Assembly: GCF_039383305.1 (NCBI RefSeq) | Contig: NZ_CP135009.1 | Location: 210,001-242,000 of the forward strand | Length of the DNA: 32,000 nt | From: Candidatus Saccharimonadota bacterium | GTDB taxonomy: Bacteria > Pseudomonadota > Gammaproteobacteria > Enterobacterales > Enterobacteriaceae | Direction of reading: 5' to 3' | Shown here: positions 1 to 7,320 of the stretch, one piece after another | Position numbering within the stretch: the first letter of the stretch is position 1 | Layout of the letters: each line of letters opens with the position of its first letter | The notes under the pieces: generated by a model | Database searches by the model: none | Told to the model about the DNA's origin: nothing | What the model saw: the letters and a program-made list of their open reading frames with translations, nothing else | Position numbers and translations under genes: made by a program

Positions 1-1
1 T

Positions 2-148
2 GTTTCTAGTCCTATGGAAAATATTATAAATTTTTCAAAAATTTTAATGCAAAAAGGTTTTGTTACTTTAATCCGTAAAAATAGAGGTATGGATATTAAT
101 GCAGCATGTGGACAATTATCAGGTCAAAAAAAATTAAAAAATTTTTAA
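2..148 (+). CDS. rlmN: Radical-SAM rRNA/tRNA m2A methyltransferase RlmN, C-terminal 48 codons only (5' end lies outside the window)
   Basis: Frame 2 reads [48 protein letters not shown] with stop at 146-148. The RG-DI-AACGQL-G motif matches the remembered E. coli RlmN C-terminus. rlmN lies upstream of hisS in the E. coli map. Confidence 0.7.
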   Translation, partial: VSSPMENIINFSKILMQKGFVTLIRKNRGMDINAACGQLSGQKKLKNF

Positions 149-293
149 ATTAATTTTTTATTAAATATATATTTAAAAAATAAAAAAATAATAAAATATA
201 ATATTTTTAAAATATTAAATATTTTAAGTTTAGTATTTTTTTTATAGAAAATATACAAGAAATTTTTATTTACATGATTTTTAAGGGAATATA

Positions 294-1571
294 ATGAAAT
301 ATCGATATCAATCTATTCGAGGTATGCACGATTTTTTTTTAGAAGAAATGCAATATTTAAATTATTTAGAAGTAAACCTTAAAAATATTTTAAATTCTTA
401 TAGTTTTTCAGAAATACGTTTTCCAATTCTTGAAACTTCTGAAATTTTTGAAAAAATTATTGGTAATAATACAGAAATTGTTCAAAAAGAAATGTATAAT
501 TTTTTAGATCGAAAAAAAAAAAAAATTTCATTAAGACCTGAAGGAACAGCAAGTTGTATCCGAGCTTGCATTCAACACAATTTGTTTCAGAATAATGTCA
601 TACAAAAATTATGGTATTTAGGGCCTATGTTTCGTTATGAAAGACCTCAGAAAGGCAGATTTCGTCAATTTCATCAATTAGGAATTGAAAATTTTGGTAT
701 TTCAAATATAATTTCAGATCTTGAATTATTAAAAATAAATATTAATATTTGGAAATTTTTTAATATTTTTGATAAAGTAACATTAGAAATTAATTCAATA
801 GGATCTTTAAAAATTCGTCAAAAATACGCATTAGAATTAAAAAAATTTTTAAAAAATTATGAACATACTTTTTCTATATCAGAAAAAAAATTATTATTTT
901 TTAATCCTATTCGTTTATTAGATAGTAAATGTAAAAATGTTCAAAATTTAATTACTAAAGGTCCATGTTTAACTGATTTTTTAGAAAAAAAATCTAAAAA
1001 TAGATTTAAAAAATTATGTTTTTTTTTAGATCATAATAATATTCCATATATAATTAATCTAAATTTAGTACGAGGATTAGATTATTATAATGATACAGTT
1101 TTTGAATGGAAAACTCGGTTTTTAGGTTCCCAAAATACTATTTGTGCTGGAGGGAGGTATGATAATTTAGTTTCTATATTAGGAGGACCTAAAATTCCTT
1201 CAATAGGATGCGCTATTGGAATGGAAAGATTATTATTATTATGTAAAACAAATGTTAAATATTTTATTTCTGATATTTCAAAGATTTATTTAAGTATATT
1301 TTGTAATAATCCTGTATATAATTTTTTTATTTTAAAAATTGCAGAAAAATTGCGTTATTTATGGCCTTTTTTAAAAATTAATTCAGATTTTTCAAATTTT
1401 AAATTTTCAAAAATTATTAAAACTACAATATTAAAAAAAATAAAATTTTTGTTAATTATAGAAGAAAAAAAATTTTTTTATAATAAAATTATTATTAAAA
1501 ATTTATTTACAAAAATACAATATAGTGTGAAATTAAATCGTATTTTTAAGAAACCATGTTTATTTATATAA
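294..1571 (+). CDS. hisS: Histidine--tRNA ligase
   Basis: The 425-aa ORF aligns along its length with E. coli HisRS (IRGMHDF, LRPEGTA, RYERPQKGRFRQFHQ, VRGLDYYN, CAGGRYD). AAGGGA Shine-Dalgarno about 8 nt upstream. Confidence 0.95.
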   Translation: MKYRYQSIRGMHDFFLEEMQYLNYLEVNLKNILNSYSFSEIRFPILETSEIFEKIIGNNTEIVQKEMYNFLDRKKKKISLRPEGTASCIRACIQHNLFQNNVIQKLWYLGPMFRYERPQKGRFRQFHQLGIENFGISNIISDLELLKININIWKFFNIFDKVTLEINSIGSLKIRQKYALELKKFLKNYEHTFSISEKKLLFFNPIRLLDSKCKNVQNLITKGPCLTDFLEKKSKNRFKKLCFFLDHNNIPYIINLNLVRGLDYYNDTVFEWKTRFLGSQNTICAGGRYDNLVSILGGPKIPSIGCAIGMERLLLLCKTNVKYFISDISKIYLSIFCNNPVYNFFILKIAEKLRYLWPFLKINSDFSNFKFSKIIKTTILKKIKFLLIIEEKKFFYNKIIIKNLFTKIQYSVKLNRIFKKPCLFI

Positions 1572-1652
1572 AAAATTTCTTTAAATAATAAATGTAATAT
1601 AATATTTTTTATATTAAATAAATTTAATATTATTTAAATCATCGAGTCTCTA

Positions 1653-2903
1653 ATGGAAAATTCTACTAAAATATTATTTGATTCTAAAATTGAAAATTTA
1701 ATATTACAAGAAAAAAAAAGACAACAAAATACAATTAATTTGATAGCATCTGAAAATTATACTAGTAAAACTGTTATGGAAGCACAAGGATCATGTTTAA
1801 CAAATAAATATGCTGAAGGATATATTTCTAAAAGATTTTATAATGGTTGTATTATAATAGATAAAATTGAAGAAATAGCTATTCAAAGAGCTAAAAAATT
1901 ATTTTCAGTTGAATATGCTAATGTACAACCACATTCAGGATCTCAAGCTAATGCTGCTATTTTCTTAGCTCTTTTAAAACCTGGAGATATTATTTTAGGT
2001 ATGAAATTGACTCATGGAGGACATTTAACTCATGGTTCTAAAGTAAATTTTTCTGGAAAAATTTATAAATCTATTTTTTATGGTGTTAATAAAAAAGGAA
2101 AAATTGATTATGTAGAATTAAAAAAATTAGCTCAATTGTATAAACCAAAGTTAATTATTGGAGGTTTTTCTTCATATTCTAGAATTTGTAATTGGAAAAA
2201 AATAAGAAAAATAGCAGATTCTGTTAATGCATATTTTTTAGCCGATATTTCTCATGTTGTTGGTTTAATTATAGCTGGTTTATATCCTAGTCCTTTTAAA
2301 TATGCACATATTGTAAGTACGACTACTCATAAAACTTTAGGTGGACCTCGAGGAGGATTAATTTTAGTACGTAAAGGTTCTGAAAAATTATATCAAAAAT
2401 TAAATTCCTCTGTTTTTCCTGGTATTCAAGGGGGACCTTTAATGCATGTAATAGCTGCAAAAGCAATAGCATTTAAAGAAGCTTTAAGTAAAAATTTTTT
2501 AAAACTTCAAAAAAACATTTTAAAAAATGCTAAATATATGACAAAAATATTTTTTAAAGAAAATTTTAAAATTGTATCTCAAAAAACAGAAAATCATTTA
2601 TTTGTATTAAATTTATTTAATAAAAATATTACAGGTCAATATGCAAGTAATATTTTAGAATCTGCAAATATTATTGTAAATAAAAATATTATTCCAAATG
2701 ATTCTCAAAATCCTTTTATTACTTCTGGAATTCGTATTGGAACAGTAGCACTTTCTAAAAGAAATTTTTCAAAAGAAGAAGTAATTAAAATTTCATATTT
2801 AATTTGTGATATTTTAAATAATCCAAAAAATTTTGATTTACATAAAAAAATTAAATGTCAAGTAATAAATTTATGTCAAAAACATCCTATTTATATTGAA
2901 TAA
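1653..2903 (+). CDS. glyA: Serine hydroxymethyltransferase
   Basis: 416 aa, collinear with E. coli GlyA (LIASENYTS, NVQPHSGSQAN, TTTTHKTLGGPRGG with the PLP lysine, FPGIQGGPLMH). Confidence 0.97.
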   Translation: MENSTKILFDSKIENLILQEKKRQQNTINLIASENYTSKTVMEAQGSCLTNKYAEGYISKRFYNGCIIIDKIEEIAIQRAKKLFSVEYANVQPHSGSQANAAIFLALLKPGDIILGMKLTHGGHLTHGSKVNFSGKIYKSIFYGVNKKGKIDYVELKKLAQLYKPKLIIGGFSSYSRICNWKKIRKIADSVNAYFLADISHVVGLIIAGLYPSPFKYAHIVSTTTHKTLGGPRGGLILVRKGSEKLYQKLNSSVFPGIQGGPLMHVIAAKAIAFKEALSKNFLKLQKNILKNAKYMTKIFFKENFKIVSQKTENHLFVLNLFNKNITGQYASNILESANIIVNKNIIPNDSQNPFITSGIRIGTVALSKRNFSKEEVIKISYLICDILNNPKNFDLHKKIKCQVINLCQKHPIYIE

Positions 2904-2940
2904 TATTTTTAAAAAAAAATGTAATATTAATAAAAATATA

Positions 2941-3015
2941 AAAAACCATGTATTGTCATTTTTTGTTTTTTAAAATTTTTATTAAATAACATGGCAATAC
3001 ATTGGATTTTTTTTA
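2941..3015. terminator. Putative bidirectional intrinsic terminator between convergent glyA and mfd
   Basis: CCATGTATTGTCAT (2947-2960) pairs with ATGGCAATACATTGG (2992-3006). That is 14 bp with one bulge and one G.U. It is flanked by A6 on the left and T8 on the right. The 31-nt loop is all A/U except one G and one C. Confidence 0.55.
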
Positions 3016-3172
3016 TGAAAATTATTATATATTAAAAATATTTTTTACGTTTTATTTAATATAATAGTTAAAATATAAGAATTTTTTTATATTATTTACA
3101 TATTTTTATATTTTCATTAAAATGATGATTTTAAAATAAAAAATATTTAAAAATAAATAAAATTAAAAATTT

Positions 3173-5203
3173 TTATTTTTTTTGTGATATATATAATTTT
3201 TTTAACCACTGATAATACCAAAAAATACGATCTTCATCTTTTTTAAAATTTCTATAAAAATAAATTTTTTCTTTAGTAATTTTCCATTTTTTAGGTTTTT
3301 TTAAAATTTCTGTTGATAACCATATAGTATTTAGATTGGAATTTTTTAAAAAAATTATATAACTTTTTTTAACACGAGAATAAATTTTTTTAATATTTAA
3401 TAAAGAACTTAAAATTCGTATTTTTTCTAAGAAAAATAAATTTTTGGCGAAAATAGGTAAAACACCATATAAATTAATAATGTTATTTTTAATTTTTTTT
3501 AATTTTTTTAATGTAGTAATTTTTGAAATTTTATAATAATAAAATAATCTAATATCTATATTTTTTATATAATTTTTTGGAAATATTGCTGAAATACTGA
3601 AATCTATTTCAACAGTATGAAAAAAATTTAAATTAAAAATATTATCATTTTTAAGGTTTTTAATAGCTTTATATAATAATTTTTTATATAAATTTAAACC
3701 AAAACTTTGAATATGACCACTTTGATTTTTTCCTAAGATTTCTCCTACTCCTCTTATTTCAGCATCTTTTGTAGATAATAATAAGCCTTCTCCTATTTTT
3801 TTAGAGGATTTTAAAGCTTGAAGTCTTTTTTTAGCGTTTTTTGTAATTTTTGTTTTTGATTTAATAAAAAACCAAGCATATGCTTGCTTGTAAGATCTAC
3901 CTACACGACCACGTAATTGATGTAATTGTGAAATTCCAAATTTATCTGCATTTTCTATTATGATAGTATTGACATTAGAAATATCAATTCCAGTATCAAT
4001 AATCGTTGTACAAATTAAAATATCAAATTTATATAAAATAAAATCATGGATAATTTTTTTTAAATTTTTACCGGACATTTGACCATGACCAATATTTATT
4101 CTAGCTTCTGGAATAATCTTTTTTAATTTTTTTGCTTTTTTTGTAATCTTTTTAACACTATTATATAAATAATAAATTTGTTCTTGTTTTTTTATTGCTT
4201 TTAAAATAATTTTTCGAATTAAAAAAATATCATATTTTAAAATAAAAGTTTTAATAGGTACTCTATTTTTTGGGGGATTTTTTAAAATAGATAAATCTCG
4301 TAATCCTAATTTAGAAAATTGTAATGTTCTCGGAATAGGAGTTGCAGTTAAAGTTAAAATATCAATATTTATATATATTTTTTTAATTATTTCTTTATGA
4401 GATACTCCAAAACGGTGTTCTTCATCAATAATTAATAATCCTAAATTTTTCCAAATAATTTTTTGAGATAATATTTTATGTGTACCAATTAAAATATTAA
4501 TTTTTTTAGTTTTTAATTGGTCAATTATACAATTTACATCTTTTTTTTTTGTAAAACGAGTTAAAATTTTAATTTTATAAGTGTATTTAGAAAATCTTTT
4601 TTTAAAATTATAAAAATGTTGTTGAGCTAGTAAAGTAGTAGGCACTAAAATTGCAACTTGTTTCATATTATCTAAAGCGATAAAAGCGGCTCTCATAGCA
4701 ATTTCAGTTTTTCCGAATCCAACATCACCACATATTAAACGATCCATAGCTTTTTTTTTAGACATATCTAATAAAACTTCTTGCATAACTTTTTTTTGAT
4801 CTGATGTTTCTTTATATGGAAAATCTTGACAAAATTTTTTATAATGAAAAGAATTTTTTTTAAAAGAAAATCCAATTTGAAAATTTCTTTTTGAATATAC
4901 ATTTAATAATTGTGATGCTATTTGATATATTTTTTTAAAAGATTTTTTTTTTTCTGTATTCCAAATATCATTTCCTAAAGTATGTAGTATAATTTTAGAA
5001 TTAATAGATTCTGGATAAATATTGATTAAATACAAAGATGTAATAGGTACATATAATTTAGTTTTTTTTGCATACATAATTATTATAAATTCCATTTCTT
5101 GATTTTTATTTTTAATTAAATGAATTCCTTGATAACGTCCTATTCCATAATTTAAATGTATAATTGTTTGATTTTTTTTAAAAATTTTTATGTTAGTATT
5201 CAT
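3173..5203 (-). CDS. mfd: Transcription-repair coupling factor Mfd, N-terminally truncated form (RNAP-interaction domain, translocase and C-terminal domain only)
   Basis: The 676-aa ORF has an ATG start. It aligns from the first residues with about residue 475 onward of E. coli Mfd (HLNYGIGRYQG, LICGDVGFGKTE Walker A, DEEHRFG, GRVGRS). Only about 165 nt separate its start from gapA, which leaves no room for domains D1-D3. Confidence 0.9.
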   Translation of the reverse strand: MNTNIKIFKKNQTIIHLNYGIGRYQGIHLIKNKNQEMEFIIIMYAKKTKLYVPITSLYLINIYPESINSKIILHTLGNDIWNTEKKKSFKKIYQIASQLLNVYSKRNFQIGFSFKKNSFHYKKFCQDFPYKETSDQKKVMQEVLLDMSKKKAMDRLICGDVGFGKTEIAMRAAFIALDNMKQVAILVPTTLLAQQHFYNFKKRFSKYTYKIKILTRFTKKKDVNCIIDQLKTKKINILIGTHKILSQKIIWKNLGLLIIDEEHRFGVSHKEIIKKIYINIDILTLTATPIPRTLQFSKLGLRDLSILKNPPKNRVPIKTFILKYDIFLIRKIILKAIKKQEQIYYLYNSVKKITKKAKKLKKIIPEARINIGHGQMSGKNLKKIIHDFILYKFDILICTTIIDTGIDISNVNTIIIENADKFGISQLHQLRGRVGRSYKQAYAWFFIKSKTKITKNAKKRLQALKSSKKIGEGLLLSTKDAEIRGVGEILGKNQSGHIQSFGLNLYKKLLYKAIKNLKNDNIFNLNFFHTVEIDFSISAIFPKNYIKNIDIRLFYYYKISKITTLKKLKKIKNNIINLYGVLPIFAKNLFFLEKIRILSSLLNIKKIYSRVKKSYIIFLKNSNLNTIWLSTEILKKPKKWKITKEKIYFYRNFKKDEDRIFWYYQWLKKLYISQKK

Positions 5204-5368
5204 TTTTTGTTCTTCTTAAAAAAAAAATAAAAAATATTATGTAAATTTTTTAAAATAATAAATAATTTTTAATTTTTATGTTAAAATTTATAAAGTATAA
5301 ATATTATTTTTTTTAAAAAAAATATTAAATTTTTGAATATATATGATTTTAAATACTTAGGATATTTT

Positions 5369-6370
5369 ATGGAAATAAAAATTGCAATAAATGGTTTTGG
5401 TAGAATAGGTCGTATGATTTTTAGATTATCTCAAAAATTTTCTAATATAAAAATTGTTGCGATTAATGATATTTTAAATATTGAATATATTAAATATTTA
5501 ATAAAATACGATTCTACACATGGAAGATTTAATAAATCTATACAAATTTTAAAAAATTCTTTAAAAATTAATAATCAAAAAATTAAAATTTTTTCAGAAA
5601 AAAATCCTCAAAATTTACCTTGGAAAAAATTAAATGTAGATGTTGTAATAGAATCTACAGGAATATTTTTAACAAAAAAATTGTCAATGTTACATTTACA
5701 AGCAGGAGCTAAAAAAGTTATTTTAACCGGTCCACCTAAAGATAATGTTCCTATGTTTGTGCGTGGAGTAAATTTTCATGAATATAATGGTGAAAAAATA
5801 GTTTCTAATGCTTCTTGTACCACTAATTGTTTAGCTCCTTTAAGTAAAATTTTAAATGAAGAATTTGAAATTATAGAAGGTTTAATGACTACCGTGCATG
5901 CTACTACTGCAACACAAAAAACAGTGGATGGAGCTACTTTAAAAGATTGGCGTGGTGGTCGAAGTGCTCTGCAAAATATTATTCCTTCTTCTACTGGTGC
6001 TGCTCAAGCTGTAGGAAAAATTTTACCTATTTTAAATAATAAAATTACTGGAATCGCATTTCGTGTACCTGTAGCAAATGTTTCTGTAGTAGATTTTACA
6101 GTACGTTTAAAAAAATCAATTTCTTATCAAAATATTTGTGAAATTATAAAAGAAGCTTCTGAAACATATATGGAAGATGTAATAGGATATACTGAAGATG
6201 ATGTAGTATCTAGTGATTTTAATGGTTCTTTTTTAACTTCTATTTTTGATGCTAAAGCAGGAATTTCAATTAATAAAAATTTTTTTAAATTAATTTCTTG
6301 GTATGATAATGAAATTGGATATTCTAGTAAAGTTTTAGATTTAGTAAATTGGATTATGACATTTGAATAA
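5369..6370 (+). CDS. gapA: Glyceraldehyde-3-phosphate dehydrogenase A
   Basis: [27 protein letters not shown] (catalytic Cys), WYDNE. I place the start at ATG 5369 (AGGA 8 nt upstream) rather than the TTG at 5333 used by the ORF track. Confidence 0.95.
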   Translation: MEIKIAINGFGRIGRMIFRLSQKFSNIKIVAINDILNIEYIKYLIKYDSTHGRFNKSIQILKNSLKINNQKIKIFSEKNPQNLPWKKLNVDVVIESTGIFLTKKLSMLHLQAGAKKVILTGPPKDNVPMFVRGVNFHEYNGEKIVSNASCTTNCLAPLSKILNEEFEIIEGLMTTVHATTATQKTVDGATLKDWRGGRSALQNIIPSSTGAAQAVGKILPILNNKITGIAFRVPVANVSVVDFTVRLKKSISYQNICEIIKEASETYMEDVIGYTEDDVVSSDFNGSFLTSIFDAKAGISINKNFFKLISWYDNEIGYSSKVLDLVNWIMTFE

Positions 6371-6407
6371 AATTTATATTTTTTTTATATTTTTTAAAAA
6401 TTTTTAT

Positions 6408-6446
6408 ATAATGACAGTATTAAAAAATTTTTCATGCTGTCATTAT
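6408..6446. terminator. Putative bidirectional terminator between convergent gapA and fldA
   Basis: ATAATGACAG (6408-6417) is the perfect reverse complement of CTGTCATTAT (6437-6446). The stem can extend by 3 bp. The surroundings are A/T-rich. Confidence 0.6.
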
Positions 6447-6456
6447 TATGATTATA

Positions 6457-6981
6457 TCAAAAATAATTATTATTTTTAATATCTAGTAATACTTGTTGAA
6501 TCCAATTTTTTATCCGTATTTTAGTTAATTCTGGTTGATGATCAAAATCTAATAGTAATCCACAAAAATGAGTATTGTTTATTTGTGCTCTAGATTTTTC
6601 AAAATTATATTGTGATGTTGGCCATTTTCCTACAAAAAATACATTTTTTTTTTTAAGAAAAGAATATAAAATTCCTATAGCATCACAAAAATATTCACTA
6701 TAATCGATTTGATCTCCACAACCAAACAATGCAACAATTTTATTTTTTAAAGAAATTTTTTTTAAAATATTTAAATATTCATCCCAATCACTTTGTACTT
6801 CTCCATAATACCATGTAGATATACCTAAAAATAAAATTTGATAATTTTTTAATTTTTTTATAGAATGTTGCGAAATATCAAATATAAAAGATTTTTTTAT
6901 TTTTAATTTTTTTCCAATAAGATAAGCAGATTTTTCAGTATTACCAGTATCACTACCATAAAAAATACCAATTTTTTTCAT
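6457..6981 (-). CDS. fldA: Flavodoxin 1
   Basis: 174 aa. MKKIGIFYGSDTGNTE FMN-binding loop; length and collinearity match E. coli FldA. Confidence 0.93.
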   Translation of the reverse strand: MKKIGIFYGSDTGNTEKSAYLIGKKLKIKKSFIFDISQHSIKKLKNYQILFLGISTWYYGEVQSDWDEYLNILKKISLKNKIVALFGCGDQIDYSEYFCDAIGILYSFLKKKNVFFVGKWPTSQYNFEKSRAQINNTHFCGLLLDFDHQPELTKIRIKNWIQQVLLDIKNNNYF

Positions 6982-7320
6982 TTTTTTTACACTTTAATAT
7001 AAATATATAAAAATATCATACATGATATTTTTTTAAAAATATATATTTTTTAAAAAAAAATAAATAATAAAGAAAATATTTTTTTATATACTTTTCGTTA
7101 TAATATTTTTTAAAAAAAAATTATAATAAATTTTTTAATTAAAAAATATTTTTAAAACGTTAAACATAAATATTATAAAAAATTTTAATTTTAAAAACTT
7201 TATAAAAAATAAAAATTTTTATATTAATTTTAAATATTTAGTTTAAAATTTTTATATAATGTTAATCTACAAATATTTTAAAAATTATAAATATTCATTA
7301 ATATATAATTTAGGTTATTT

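Noticed and set aside
5333-5368. N-terminal extensions in the ORF track: gapA at 5333, trxB at 20587, ihfB at 14544, the minC 'start' at 31957 (all TTG), and the 21 extra codons of yebC from 23661
   Set aside because: The extensions have no counterpart in the orthologues. Canonical ATG codons with Shine-Dalgarno-like purine runs sit at the positions where the family alignments begin. For minC the frame simply continues off the window.
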